A stretch of DNA of 64,000 bases from Paraspadella gotoi (GCA_051294375.1 CM119267.1:8399814-8463813), one strand, 5' to 3'. Shown: positions 1 through 14,592, numbered from the stretch's first letter. Made by a program: numbers and translations. Notes: generated by a model not told the origin, from the letters alone.

Positions 1-348
1 TAGGCATATTTTTGGATTTTACATAACATGATACATTACATAATCTATATTTTAGGAGTTCAATATATGACGTTCAAAATGACAAAAATGCCCTTCAATC
101 GAGGCATTGACCTTAAAACGACTTTCAACATGAGCTGCGACCCTCAACTACAAGATCTGTCTTCTTCTTCAACTAGCGCGAGGATCTTAAACTGAAGGAT
201 CTGTCTTTTATTGGAGCATTTACTGGAAGATATACCTTCAAGCAGACCTTTAGCTGGAGCATCGACACTCCAATGTAGCACAGTTCTTCACCCAGAGTTT
301 CCACTAGAATCGATCATCAACAGGATCTTCAAACTTCAACTCCCTCAC

Positions 349-528
349 CTCCTTCTGTGGATCCCGAAGCAAGTCGTTGATCTTGTCACGACCCTCGGCG
401 GACGTTACGGAGTGAACGAGGCGCTCGATGGAAGACCAGACGACGTCGGCGACGGGATCCTCGGAGTCGATAGTCGACAGGTGCTGCAGCATCGTCAGGA
501 AGGGGATGCGCATCGGTGTCTCCGCCAC
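349..528 (-). CDS. INF2: INF2-like formin, internal exon (end of FH3/dimerisation region); gene continues beyond the left edge
   Basis: aag|GTG acceptor at 528. Peptide VAETPMRIPFLTMLQHLSTIDSEDPVADVVWSSIERLV resembles the FH3 C-terminal helix pattern (L..LQ.L......W..(L/I)E.LV). Likely donor GAG|gtgagg at 349. Confidence 0.75.
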
Positions 529-714
529 CTTTGATGAGGGGGAGTTTTAAATTTTGGTTATACAGTTTGAAGGAGCTTCCAAAAACATTTATCCATCCCT
601 CATTCATCAATCACTCCATTCACACATCCGTCATCGTCTACCTATCCCCATAAATATATCCGTCAATCCGTCGATCTGTCTCGTATCCATCCATCCCTTC
701 ATACATCCCTTAAC

Positions 715-847
715 CTTATTGAACGCAGAGTGGAAGGCGTCGATGGGAGTGTTGAGTCCGGCGGCCAACTCCGGACTCTCATCTTCGTCCTGGATCTTCT
801 GCTCGTCGAAGACGTCGAGCTGCAGCTGCAGTTGAACCACTGCGTCG
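715..847 (-). CDS. INF2: INF2-like formin exon (FH3 domain); 5' boundary uncertain (847 or 945)
   Basis: Peptide LQLQLDVFDEQKIQDEDE...GLNTPIDAFHSAFNK is the typical FH3 L..QL..F.E....D.E motif. Donor AAG|gttaag at 715 is in phase with the next exon at 528. Confidence 0.75.
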
Positions 848-995
848 CTGGACGGGGTCGGCTCTGTCGCAGCGCCGGAAGTCGACGCCGCATTTTCGAG
901 GTTCCGCGAATCCGGGAGAGCAGTCTTGGCAGAAATATCGCAGACCTTGGAGGAAAAGGGAGAGAGAGAAGAGAAGAGAGAGAGAGAGAGAGAGA

Positions 996-1029
<34 letters not shown>

Positions 1030-1482
1030 AAGAAAAGATAGATAAATAAATGGTTAAAGGTCTAGGGCAATGGTTTATAAGCGTCGGCATTTCCTTCTCT
1101 TGTGGTCACCGCCGGACGCCGAGAAGAAAGGAAAAGAAATGTATTCTCCGCAGAAGACGGAATTAATAAAGAATACACAAAGGGCGGCTTTCTCTCTCTC
1201 TCTCTCTCTTTATTTTATTTTTAGGTTTCTTCTTTTGTTAGGGTAACAACCGAAATCAAACAAGACGAGAATTCCTTTACACCCCGAGAGCATCTCTTAG
1301 GATTTTCTCTCGATTCAAGAAAAAAACCCCGAATATTTTTGAGAATTTTTTTTTCCTTTCATATTTTGATTCGCATTGTAGGATTGATCCAAATGAGAGT
1401 GAGAAATTTAAGCTTAAAGGATGGAACAGTATAACAGAATGATATTCCACACGGGCAGAAGAAACACGTGAGAGAAAGAAGC

Positions 1483-1685
1483 GATGAAATTGGTACAACC
1501 AATATAAAAATTATCCATTCATTTAAAAAATAAGTTATCTTGTCCCTGACTTTGGACAGGCTTTGGTGGTTTAAGGCCTCTTACAAGATAATGACATAGC
1601 AGGTCCCTGCAAGCTTTCAATCAAGACTCTCTCACAGTTTTGTTTATTCACTCACAGAGTACCTGGCTTCCCAATCAATGAAGTG
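1483..1685 (+). repeat. dispersed ~200-bp interspersed repeat, copy A
   Basis: Near-identical reverse-complement copy at 14386-14592, diverged copy at 38306-38449, and end fragments (aaatgaatggataatttttatattgg) near 13995, 14231 and 47197. Confidence 0.85.
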
Positions 1686-1804
1686 GTTTAATATTTCAAA
1701 AGATACGGTACAATGAAAATGACCAGGTATAGAATGATTGTTTCTAAGACTGAAATGAATGAAGTAAAAAATAAAAGGCATAAAACGTAAAAGAGAAAAG
1801 AGTG

Positions 1805-1851
<47 letters not shown>

Positions 1852-2388
1852 AGAGCGAGGATAGAGAGAGAGAGATCGAAGCCGATCTCGCTGCCTTAAA
1901 CCTTGCTTGCTTTGGATTAAAACTCGGCAGTACCAGTTTTGCCCTAAGGATCGAAAAAGGTGAGTAAACTTCGACAGAAGTTTTTATTTATTTTCATTTA
2001 AATCCATGAACTTGCTGCATTATCCACGTCGGATCTGTGACGAAAATGCGAATAAAAAAGAATGACAGAATAAAATGGAGAGAAAAAAAATTAAGTGAAA
2101 GAGAGAGAAAAAGAGAAAGAGAGAGAAAGAGAGAGAGAGAGAAAAAAATATGGAAAGAAAGAGAGAAACAAAGAGAGAGTTTTGTGTTTACATCCAAATA
2201 GTTTTAGGGGAAAGGCTTCCTCTTTGATGGAATGCGATGGGGAGTTCTATTTGAAAAGGAACAGATTATCGGAACACCCAAGCATGAAGCAAAAATGCAT
2301 TAAGGAACAAAAGAAGGAGATAAATACTGAAACAGTGAAACACAATCGGAAAGAGGGAGCGTACATGTTCAGAGAGAGAGAGAGAGGG

Positions 2389-2419
<31 letters not shown>

Positions 2420-2804
2420 CTTTTTTGTCCTTTTTTCCAAAGTGTAACTCGGAAGCAGGATAAAAACTTTTTTTTATTCCAGACAGACCACCTAAAGAGA
2501 ATCAAAAGAGGGAATCAAAAAGGTAAGTTTAAAATCCCGCTCGAGGGGAAGTTTACAAAAAACTTTTTTAAAAAAAAAAGTCGCGAGGCAGAATTTAGGA
2601 AAGGGGGTAAGTTAAGTTGGAGAGGACGATGCCGGGAGGTCATTCCTGCCCGGACCTCGCGTCGCCAGCTGCTGCGAAGGTAAGGGATGTAAGGGTGAAA
2701 GGGCTCGTTGGTGAGAGCGAGGTGAGATAGGGTCGTGAGCTTGAGGGGGTGAGCTTGTTGACAAACAATAATCCTTCCGTCCATCGTCTCACTCCCCCGC
2801 ATTG

Positions 2805-2851
<47 letters not shown>

Positions 2852-5498
2852 CTCTTCCGTTCTTGTTATCAGAGATTCTTCTGTCCCCTTCAGTTCCTAT
2901 AAAACGTCGATTTCTGCTCGATAAAAGGGACCACACCTCAAACGATTACGACCCTTTTATACCTTAGGACTTCTCTTTTTAGTTTATAAAAGATGACTGT
3001 TCCTTACAGTCTCAAAAAAAGTAGATATAATTTTTTTAAATTAACTAAAAATGATGCATAAAGGATATCCTTAAGAAGTTTGGTTTCCAACTAGCCAAAT
3101 ACTGCACTACAACGCCTCAACCTACCAAGGTCCGATAATCTCATTCTACTTTATTCGGCTTTCCACTGATAACAGGAAATATTTTTTCCTCTAAATTTAA
3201 AATGACAATTTATAATTATATTCCAAAATAACGAAATTTGTAATACCAGAAACAATATCCTTGTTGAACACATGGACGAGTGAACGAGCCCAAACAAGAT
3301 CCTTATTGAAAGATGAAATTAGCGCAAAACTTAGAAGATTAGTATTGACTATTGAGATGGAGTCAGATGGATGTGAAAAATGTTTTGAACGATTAGGAAG
3401 TTGAAAAGGCGGAGGGGGGGGGGCGAAGCGGGACGGTGAAAACCACAGGAGAAAAGCATACTTATAAACCAGGAGAAAAGTTTGTTTGAGTAATCCTTCG
3501 CCATGGAAACAATCGGTGTTTAAAAAAAAAAGGGAGATCGACGCCAAATTCTTTATTTTTTTAAAACACACACACTCTCTCTCTCTCTTTCTTTCTCTCT
3601 CTCTTTCTCTCTCTCAAAGGGGAAGAAGACGATGGATTCTTTGTATCTCTTTTGATTTGATTCTTTTAATCTCTTTATTTCTTTTTTCCTTCTTTTCTTT
3701 TTCTTTCTTTCATTAGCCGACGGGTAAGAAATTAAAAAAAATAAGGATGGAAGAATCCTCGTTCGGGGGCGAAAACGAAATTCCCGGTTTCGCTCTTCTT
3801 CTCCAAATGTTTTCTTCTCTCTTCTTTTCTATCTTCTCTTTCTTAACTCCTTATACATTTCTATGTTCTCTTTCTCTCAATTTTTTTTGGTCGACAGTTG
3901 TTTTTGGAAACTCTTTAAGAGCAAAAAAACCCGTAAATTAGGTGGTTATTAAAATCTGTTTACGTCCGCCTCCCCTCGACTTCCTTCCAAAAAAAAAAGT
4001 AGTTTTGTTTTTCTTTTCTTTTTTTTTCTCACTGTGGGAGCGAAAAGAGAAAAATTGAGCTCAACCATCAATCCTGTCGCCGTGATCGTTAAACGGTTCA
4101 AACGCCGGATCCGGTTAAAGATTAAGAGAGCATCGTAAAGAATGTACAAAAGGAAAAAATAAAAAAGAAAGACCAAATAACATTTTGATAAGCGAATCGT
4201 GAAAAGTAAGACGTGAAAGGAAGGGCTTCGGTTCTAGATTAATTACTGTTTTTTTTTCGTCGAAAAGGTAAACTCATTAATGCTTTCTCTCTCTTTTCAT
4301 CCGTCACCCTCTTCTGTCTCTCGTGGATCGTGCGAAAACTGTGTTCATAAAGAATAGGAAATAAGCGGGAGAACAAGTTAATCTGAGCGAAAGGTGTGAA
4401 ATGGTTAATCGAGAAATCGAATGGAATGGAAACGATCACCTTCGTTCGATAAGAAACGAATCAATTTTAATCCTTAACAAAACAGTGAGAAATCTCGATG
4501 AAACTTTCCCAAAACAGAAATCTCGATGAAACTTTCCCAAAAATAGAGTCATCTTCGTCTTCCATCCACATAACAGATCCTGCGGGCGTTAGAACCGGTT
4601 CCGAAGACAACAACGACGTTGACGAACGGAAACCTGGGAAAGTGCCAAAAAAAAAAGCGAGAAGATAACCTGGATTTGACTTTGAAGGGATTAGGAGCGG
4701 AGGAGGCATCGCGATCGGACCGGTTCGGGGTGGGGACGGACAATCCTCGCTCACTTGGGTTCATCCACGCGCGAAAAAGTTAGTGAACGTCGAAGAAAAT
4801 GAAGTGAATGAGGAATGAATGAGGAATGAATGAATGAATGAATGACCGTCGGGATGAGCGAAAGAATGATACGCGATTCGGGACGGCGGGCAAAGATAGA
4901 CGGGTCCAACTTATCAAAACGGAATGTTGATTCGTCTAGTTTTGAAAAGACAAGTTGAACAATAACGAATAAAAGTCAGCTACAACAGTAACAACGACGA
5001 CGACAAAGTCGGCGGGAATTCGATCGATTCTCTTCTCATCCGAGTTAGGACGACGGTGGGAACGCGAACCCGACAGCGCGAATGAGCGGACCACTTACTT
5101 CGTTGCGGGCGGAGCGACTCAGAATCAAGGATTGTCCACAAGATGACAAGCGGTGGTGGTGGTGGTGGAGGGGAAAAACGGTAGTGGCGGTGGAGGTGGC
5201 AGCGGTGGTTGTTTTATAATAGAAAGAGAGATCGTAATAAAGTTCGTTGAAGAAACTTATTGACTCGTTGATTGACAGATTCCAAAGATCGAAAAATACA
5301 ATCGATCAAATTAACAACCATCGGATTGTTTGGATGAACAAAATATAAATATCTTAATGTTTAGAACTTTCCGTCCAATATGACGAGAAAGATGAAACGA
5401 TTAATGAGATAAATTCTATTCTAAGATGAAACGATTAATGAGATATATTCTATTTCGAAATCGCGTTTCCACGTCGATTCGCACCCACTTGAACTTAC

Positions 5499-5658
5499 CA
5501 ATGAACTCATTGCGGATTCTGATCCTTTCTTCGATCTTCCCCGTCGGGATGACGATGCAGTTGACGAGGGTAAGGAGCGTCGCTTGGTAAGTTTCGTCTT
5601 CCGTCTTGCGAAGTTCCTCCGTCAGATGGGCGAATCGATACCGCTTGACTTTGGTCAC
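5499..5658 (-). CDS. INF2: INF2-like formin exon, 160 bp (DID armadillo repeats)
   Basis: cag|GTG acceptor and G|gtaag donor. Encodes VTKVKRYRFAHLTEELRKTEDETYQATLLTLVNCIVIPTGKIEERIRIRNEFIG, with the YRF...EL...Y....L..(I/V)N...R...RNEFIG formin DID signature. Confidence 0.88.
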
Positions 5659-6414
5659 CTGGACATAGGATGTATTTAATAGTAATTATCTTACAATACA
5701 TATGACAAGTCTGAGCTGTCGCTGCAAGCGAGGGCAGGATGTAGTAAATAATATATTTTAGTTTCTCTATGTAAGGGTTAAAATGTAAACACTGTTTTTT
5801 TCCAGTTATCCATACATTATTTTAAAAAAATGTATTAAGTAATTATTAACATTTTATGATCAAAGTAAGCACACTGAAATTATAAAAAGAAAAAAAATTT
5901 AGTACTGTAGTAAAGTAAAATCAAAGCTCTTTTTGCGGTCACTCCCCTATTTCATCCCCAAAAAAAGCAGTGAGCACAAATCAGAAATTCGTAGGATCAA
6001 CATAAGCGCTTTAAACTCGTCCAACTTTTTTCTGCTTCAGATTCAAAAGTGAGAATCGGAAAATCAGTTTTCACAACTGATAAAAGAAAAAAGGGAGCAA
6101 AAGTGAAGGACTAAACTCATCGATTCAGATTTTTCTTGGTGATAAAAATGAAGGAGCCAAATTTCGTGAGAATTCTTATCCCATCCTCTTCCGGTCATAT
6201 CACATCTCACGCGCCTTCACACAGTGAAATAGAACAGTGAATCGCTTGTACGAGGATTCTCGGTGAGACCGTTCACATTGTAAGGATACGGGCAGTGAGA
6301 GACTGTGAGGTGAAGGAACAACCTTCAAAAATCAGTTTTTCTCTAAACAAAGAACAGGGAAATTTCGTAACCCGACCCGTAACTAGGGAGAACGGAGTGA
6401 AAAGGGGGAATCTC

Positions 6415-6463
<49 letters not shown>

Positions 6464-7484
6464 AAACAACCGTCTTCCAAATTAACTAAGTTCCCGTAAA
6501 GCGAATGGATAAGCGATAAAAAAGTAATATCCATAATGTTTACGACGACGACAATACGTAAAATCGTCTCGGCAAAGGCGACGAAGAAGACGACGATAAA
6601 GACGACGACGAAGAAGACGATAAAGATTACGACAAAGAGCGACGTAACAATATCTCTCTGTTTCCATGGGCTTTAAGAAAAAAAAAATTGGAGCGCGAAA
6701 ATTCAGTTGCGATCAACGAGAGGGAAAGTCGAGCCGAGTTTTTGTCTTACTTTTTCTTTCTTCGATTTGGATCAAGAGTCTGAGGCGATGATAAGACTTT
6801 CCCTACAAAAGCGAAAAGATCTTCGTGTCTGTTAAGCAGATAGGGTATCACCGCGATGATATATAACGATAACAAGGACCGACGGATGATGACGGGTCTG
6901 TGGGTGAGATGGAAGAAGAGGGTCTATGATGAAACGTTGGCAATGAAGATCCTTCGAGCAAGTGTTGACAAGGACATTTTTGGGAAAAAGAAAAAGGAGC
7001 TGATGGCATTCGAAGTGTTGACGATAAAAAAAGCATCTAAAAACCTTTTGCTCACTCGAAAAAAAACGATTCGCTGATGACCGGGGTTGGCGGATGACCC
7101 TTTCCAGCCGTCGGGGTCGCGAAAGGCCCAAGTTAAAAAGGCCGCGTCGGTCGTCGGTGGTCCCTTTTCTCTCTCCCGGCGACCGAAATGAAACGAGTGA
7201 CGCAACCAACGATGACACCGACGACCTCGGGTCATACCGTTCCTTCCGATTTGACGTCAGTTTTATTTGTATGAACGGTAAACCGTATTTAAATCGTCGA
7301 CGGCCATACGTTCGGGAGATTCCGTCAAATTTAATCGTCGGGCGTTGCCCTTGGTTACTGCCAACGTGAATTGCTCCAACGTTGTCGATCGTCAATGGAT
7401 AGGAACGATAGGAACCCTTTTTGTAGATATGTCATCGAAGTGTTTATAACATTTGTCACCAAAATATCACATTTAATATAATTT

Positions 7485-7560
<76 letters not shown>

Positions 7561-7673
7561 GTGTCTATCTCTCTTCCAAAATTTCAAAGTTCAATTTTTT
7601 TTTCTGACCAGAAATAAAATTTTCAGATTCAGCATTTTTTACGTAACTATTTTTTAACCAGTGACTCATTCAA

Positions 7674-7735
<62 letters not shown>

Positions 7736-8184
7736 TACCCTGAAGGTTCTCCTCAGTTTCCTTTTTATTTGAAAGTAAAGAAGCAATTTACCCAGAAAGT
7801 TGTACGCATTTTTCCCTATTTTTTTTTCAAGGTACAAATGTTTGGATAAGAGGATTTTTCACGTTTTTTTTTTCAACTAATATGCAAATCTCTGAAGTAG
7901 TGTTATCTCTTCGAACAAAAGGGCGGAGCGTGCAACTTGTTTTCTATTCAAACTAAGAAATTCAAATACTAATGCACCTCGAGAAAAAAAAAGAGTTACA
8001 ACGGAATTCGCAAGAAAAAATGAGATCGAGGCATCAATTTGGGAAAAGGAAAAATACAGGATGGATGGACTTAATGGAAAGATACATAAGGATTACAGTC
8101 AAAACTGGGAGAAGCCTTACTTCCAGGTGAACTGTTTTGGTCAGGCCAATATCATTTATTTCACGTGAAAAAGATCAATGTAAT

Positions 8185-8250
8185 GCGTGGGAATCGAACC
8201 CGAGTTCCAAGAGGGGAAAGTCGAACTACTACTCAGCACAGGACCGCCTC
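8185..8250 (-). other. tRNA-like fragment / Pol III B-box (possible tRNA-derived SINE head)
   Basis: Minus strand reads ...CTCGGGTTCGATTCCCACG, a T-arm/B-box. No convincing complete cloverleaf. Confidence 0.3.
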
Positions 8251-9359
8251 CAAACCCATCGCAAGGTTCGTACCGCGCGATTGACGAAAATTGAATCTCC
8301 AAGATTCCTTAAATCATAATTTGAATTAGACACAAATCGAATCTTCATCCGCGCGTCCCGATCTCCGTTTCCTTTTCCAAAATTCAAAACCCCCGCGTCA
8401 TCGGCAAACTTTTTCGAGGTCCCGCTCTTTCTCTCCTCCACAAACTCCTCCTCCTCTTCCTCCTCCTCCTATTCATCTCTCTGTGATGCCGCCCTGAAGG
8501 CAAATCACGTGAGAAAAGACTCGTCGCACCATATTTACGACGACGACGACGACCGTTCACTTCTCTTTTCATCGTCACTCAAATTTTTTTTCTCACTCGG
8601 GGCGGTCAGCAACGAAGGGACGATGTAATGCATCGTCGCTTTTTTTTTTTTTTGCGTAAACAAAAAGTTGTTTATTTAATTGCGATATAATCTTAAAACA
8701 TTTTAAATAGATTTCAAACTTATAAAAGGTAGAGTTACCCAATTTTTACGGGCTCGAATTCAAGAACCAAATGAATAAAATTCCCTAAAATCCAATGAAA
8801 TTCTTAGCGACTATCCAATTCTTCTAATAACAATAAGATTCTTTCATGGAAAACTCTAGGTTTACTTAAAGCAGAGAATCTGATTTCGAACGATTTTAAG
8901 AGAGGCTCTCAATTCTCTAGACTCACTGACGTGAATAAACGTGTTGAAAGGCGGAGCAGAAGCATAAAGAAGAGAAGAAGCCTTAGTCATATTAATAAAA
9001 AAAATTGATTTTTTTTTCTGGGGGAAAAAAAGAACTACGTTTACATTTTACCATCGCGAATCGTAATCTCATGAGAGCCATATTCGTAAAGGGAGGAGGG
9101 AGGGGGCGAAAAGATGGACCTCCGGGTAAGAGGAACCAAAGACAAGATTGGGCTCTACGAGAGAGACGAACGTTAGCAAAATGGCGAAGTATGACCCTTG
9201 CTCTTATTCTATCATAACTTCAAAAAAAATGAATAGATAATGAAACAAAATGGCTAATCCCAGATATTGACGAAAAGGTATTTTAGCTGCAGTTTCGCTT
9301 TCTTCTGCCAGAAGCCATTTGCGCCGTTGGTTGGTCGAAAAGGTTTGAGGGAATCTTAC

Positions 9360-9475
9360 CTTGAAGTGTTCAAGGGTCGCGAGGGCGCGGTTGTATCCGT
9401 CCGAAGAGTAAACGCACAAGGCCGACAGAATCTCCACGACTTGTTGCTTCGTTCCCAACGATTCTGTGTCGAGGG
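9360..9475 (-). CDS. INF2: INF2-like formin exon, 116 bp (GBD/DID)
   Basis: ttcag| acceptor and AAG|gtaaga donor. Encodes (A)LDTESLGTKQQVVEILSALCVYSSDGYNRALATLEHFK, matching the INF2-type ALD...K.QV.E.L.ALC.YS..G....L..L.H(Y/F)K motif. Splices in frame to 5658. Confidence 0.88.
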
Positions 9476-10337
9476 CTGAAGCGAAATAAAAAAAAAATCG
9501 TTTGAATTTAATCAAAAGAGCCAGATACAAGAACTTTTATTTTTACGAAGAAAGCGCTAATGATGTACAAAACATGTCAAAATAAGTTCAAAACATAATC
9601 TTCGTTTTCATAACTACATATTCTTTGTGAAAAAAACAGTTTTATTTTCTTACTACATACACAACCGACGATAAAAAAAAGAGAAAATTTTGCCGCCAAT
9701 TCTGTCATAAATTTTAGTCTCTCCGACTTCCTGATCTCCTTTTCATATTTCCTTCTTCTTCTTTCTTCTTTTTTTTCAGTAACCACAACCATGGGGGATC
9801 TGGGGAGGTCATATCTTCAATCTTACTCAGATTGCGATAAAATGTGCTCGATGAAAGAAACAACGAGAGGGATGGGGAACTGGGGTGCGATGTAGATGAG
9901 GATTGGAGACTGACAATATATCAAATTAAAGTAGTGTAGAACAGTTTAAAGCTTTAAATTGTAAACATCATCCACTTTATACCAAGCTCGCGAAACGAAG
10001 AGGTAGATTCCAATTTCAATGGATATAATTGTCAAGAAACGAGTTTTAAAAACTTTAATACATGATACGTACGTATAAAATAAATATCGATTTGAAAAAG
10101 TTAAAAAATACGGAGAAGTATTAAAAGATGGTGGGGGATAACCGCCTGGGGTTCTGAGCTCGAAAAGACTTCTTGAGACTTTTTGAAAAATAAAAAAAAT
10201 GTAATCCCGAAATCTGAAATATTGCCCAGTGGTGGTGATTTCCCGCGGAGAAGCAATGGGAAGAGAACATCAGTAGAACTCTTACTTTCTTTTTTATTTC
10301 TTTCTTTTTTTTACCCGTTGCTTTCGGTTTTTTTTTT

Positions 10338-10411
<74 letters not shown>

Positions 10412-11613
10412 TTTTTCTTTCTTTCTTTCTTTTCCCTAGTTCTTCCGGTTTTTCTTCTTTCTCTTGGTCGGTCGCTCTTCAATCCGTGATTTCTTATCTG
10501 GAGAAAAAAAGATTTCGTCGTCTTCGTTAAGAGTCTTGACGACGACCTCGTCGTCGTTTTATTCTTTTTCGTCGTCGTCATCGTCGTCGGCTGCAAACAG
10601 CCAAAACTGCTCGTGCTTTCGGAAATTTTTTTGTATAATTCAAGTTTAGCTAATTATTTTTGTTTTCTTTAAACCCGTTTCCCTGGGTCCCACTGGTTGA
10701 CTTCGTTGCTGTTTGTGTAAGCCGGCCAAAAGTATAAAGTTGTCATTTTGTTATATTGTCAAGAATCGCATTGGCGACCCCGCGAAATAATTAACTGAGA
10801 AGGAGGGAAACAAGAAAAAAATAATTCAGAAAAACTTACATGTCAAAGAGGATTAGGCTTATTTCATGAGATTTCTTGTTCTTTTTTTTTTTTGAGCGAG
10901 AGAGAGCTTTTTAAAAGCTCTCATAGCTTGGCTAAAAAAAGGGGCTTTTAATTTTTTTTTTATTTGCCTCCATAATTTTGTCCTTTTTTCCGATTCTTTT
11001 TTTCAAAGGAATTTCAGCGTTTTCAACCTTTTCGTGCAGCCATCTTTTTTTTTTACTTAATGACAAGTTAAACCCTTTTTCCAGCAATCCTTTCCGGAAG
11101 GTGTGAATACAGAGTTTTTTTTTGGAAAACGGCAAAATATTTACGGTTAAAAAGTAACTTCTTGTAGACGGCTGACCTAATTTTTAAATAACCTTACTTC
11201 AACAATTATACATTTTTCACTTTTCTCTAAAGCGTGGAATATAAATAAATTATTATTTATTCGGTTGTTTTGTTGTTTTTTTTGGTTTTTTTTTTTGGCA
11301 AAGGAATTGACATCCAAATTATATATATATATCAATAAATAATAAAATCAACAAGGAATTGCTTTCCGACTTTAATTCTCTGCGGAGAAAAAAAATATTA
11401 GTTTTATTCTTTCACCTTCGAAAACAAGTATTTTTTTGTGAACAGAACAAAATATTAATGGACCAAAAAAAAATATATGTTTTATCGGAAATAATTATCG
11501 TTTCTAAACTCAGATATTCGCTGCTGGAAAGATTTTCTTTTTATTCATTTCTGATTATTTTTCCGATTAGGAGGGCGCCCTCTCGAATGGAATAGGCAGA
11601 CGGGGGGAGAGAG

Positions 11614-11712
<99 letters not shown>

Positions 11713-13120
11713 GGACGAAATTTCCGTATCTAATTGAATAGTCGCACGTACTCGTACGTACTCCTAACGAAGAAACGAAAAAAAAAAGAGGTCCAGGTTG
11801 TCATTAAAAATTGACTCTTTTAAGTTTAATCCGTAATTTTTCCCCCGATTTCGACTTGGCCACAATTAGCGAATCAATTTTTCCCCCAAAGCCCACCAAT
11901 TTCGCTGTCAACCTCGTCTGCCCCCCTTACCAGCGGCGAGTTTTTTGGTGAACTCCCGATTTTCGATGATATAATCCAATCCCGTTTGCAGATTCATTTT
12001 TTTTCAAAGGTCTTATTATATCCGGAAATTGAAAGGTAAAACTGCCTCTTATTTCACGTTGAGACGATTTACGTTCTGTTTTGGTTTTTTTTGTTTTGTT
12101 TTTTTTTTTCTAAATTGGAGATCCCGATGCCGAACCAGATCAGAAACGTGTTTTTTTGTTTTTTGTTTTTTTGTTTGTTTTTTTTATCAAGGAAGACAAA
12201 TTAAGTGTTTGATCGTAACCCGTATCCCGTATTTTTAACAGTGAATTTAAGTAATATTTTCATCCGCCACACTTTATTTCCCGTCGGCACCATTCGTGAC
12301 GAGTCAGCGCCTGGCGTTGGAGCCGCATTGTCGAGTGAGTTTCGATCGTAAATGTAACTGTGACGCCTTCACGTTTTCCGTGAAGATCCGTTTCAATCTT
12401 TCTCCTTCCCTTTTTTCAAAACCTCTTTTCGCCGACGCATGTTTTGTGCCAGTTTTTTTTTTTCGTCGCGAAACAAGCAAAAAAAAAAAAAAGAAGTCAA
12501 GCCGAGAAAGAATTTTAACGAAGACTCGAATATGCAAATTAAGTTGGAAGAGATGACTTTGTGTATTCACGTTACTTCCGAAAAGAAGAAGAGGAGTAAA
12601 ATAAAATTCATTTCTCAACCCAATTTGGTTAAAAGCGGCGATAATTTTTCGGGTGATTGTTATTTTTCCATAAAATCGTCGCTCGTCGTTTCGATTTGTT
12701 TTTCGTTCTTTCTGGTTTCTTCGTTGTTTATTTTTCGTTTGTTTTATTTTTTTGTTTTGGTTTTAAAAAATAAGAACGAGTTCAACAACCGAGAGAAATT
12801 TTGTTGGCGAGAGAGATGAGAAAATCGAACCTGGAAATCTGTCTTGGATCCTCTAATGGGAAGCGAGAGGAAGAGAAACGGGATCGAGGACGAGGTGGAA
12901 GAGGAGGAGGAAGAGGAAGAAGAAAAAAATGAGGAAGATTCATGTACGGTGTGCACTGCGCAATGTTATAAAAAGTCTGCCTTTCTATTCTGCGCGAAAT
13001 CCGAATGAAAAAAAAGTTAAAAACTATTTGGACCAATGGGAAGACGACTCGGCTTCCATCGACCTGGTCTCCGGACCAATCACGGGATACCGTTTTACTT
13101 CCATTGAAAGGTATTTTGAA

Positions 13121-13239
<119 letters not shown>

Positions 13240-14385
13240 GGAGACCAAAAAGTTATAACGGTCGAGAAAAAGGAATTGACGAGATGAGGATTTCGTCCCA
13301 TGAATCTAAATATAAAAATTGTGGGAGATGATGATTTAATTCAAGACGAAATTTCAACGCATTGATTTTGATATTTGCTACTTTTGTTATCACCTATTTT
13401 TCTTATTTCAAATTTATAAATAGTTAAATAGAGCTTATAATCAATAAATACCACTGACCATTGACCAGTGACCACTACAATGAAAACAATGAAAAGACCG
13501 AATTCCTAGAGATGAAATTTTCAAATTTGTTGTCAAACTTTGAAAACAAACGAGATTGAGAGGGATTTTTTATATAACAATACTGATTGGAGTCTGAAAA
13601 TCACAATTTATGTATATTAGATATAATATATAATCAGAAATCTGAAGTTAAATTAGCAAAATTAGTAATTTTTTCAAAACGAAAAATAAAAAAAAAGAAA
13701 GAAAACGGCGACATTTATTAGTTTTCCAACACGAATTTTTTAGGGAATTTAAAACCGACGATAAAGAAAATAAAAATACGTTTTTTTTATAATTTGGTCA
13801 CACTTACTATATACAAAATAAAAGTAAATATATTTGTTAACGAACGTCAATTTTATAATCAAGTTCTGAAAGTTATTAGAGAAAAATTTTCATATTGAAT
13901 TTTAAAAGGGAACTGAGAAAGAAAACTGGGGATAATGCTAAAAAGACAATTTGACATAACCAAATTAAAAAACGATAAAAATAATATTTCTTATTAAATG
14001 AATGGATAATTTTTATATTGGTTATACCGATTTAATGAATGAAATGAATGAAATGAAATGATGAATATTTAATTAGATCGTGTCTGGCGCAAATCTTTTG
14101 TTTTTTACTGAGATGTAGATGAAGATGTAGATGTAGATGTCGCGTAAAAACATGATAGAATTCAGGCTCAAACAAAAGTCAAAATTTTTAGAACCTAAGG
14201 TGCTTAATAAGGCGTAGTGAAAGTTATATATTAAATGAATGGATAATTTTTATATTGTTGACCAATTTCATAAAATTCAGCTCCTTGTATTTTGATGCTA
14301 GTGCGGAGTACAATAAGTATTCCCCGATCTAATACTTAAGGGAGTGGTCTTTTCATACAATTGAAACATTCTTTGAATATTAATA

Positions 14386-14592
14386 CACTTCATTGATAGG
14401 GAAGCCAGGTACTCTGGGAGTGAATAAACGAGACTGTGAGAGAGTCTTGATTGAAAGCTTGCAGGGACCTGCTATGTCATTATCTTGTAAAGTGGAGGCC
14501 TTAAACTACCAAAGCCTGTCCAAAGTCAGGGGCAAGATAGCTTATTTATTAAATGAATGGATAATTTTTATATTGGTTGTACCAATTTCATC
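14386..14592 (-). repeat. dispersed ~200-bp interspersed repeat, copy B
   Basis: Reverse complement of 1483-1685 (e.g. gcagggacctgctatgtcattatcttgta vs tacaagataatgacatagcaggtccctgc). Confidence 0.85.

Noticed and set aside
6832-7395. Possible nested gene in the formin intron (several 60-190 aa ORFs; also 4467-4764)
   Set aside because: No recognisable domain or consistent splice chain.
8185-8250. Functional tRNA gene
   Set aside because: Only the T-arm/B-box is convincing; acceptor stem and D-arm could not be formed.
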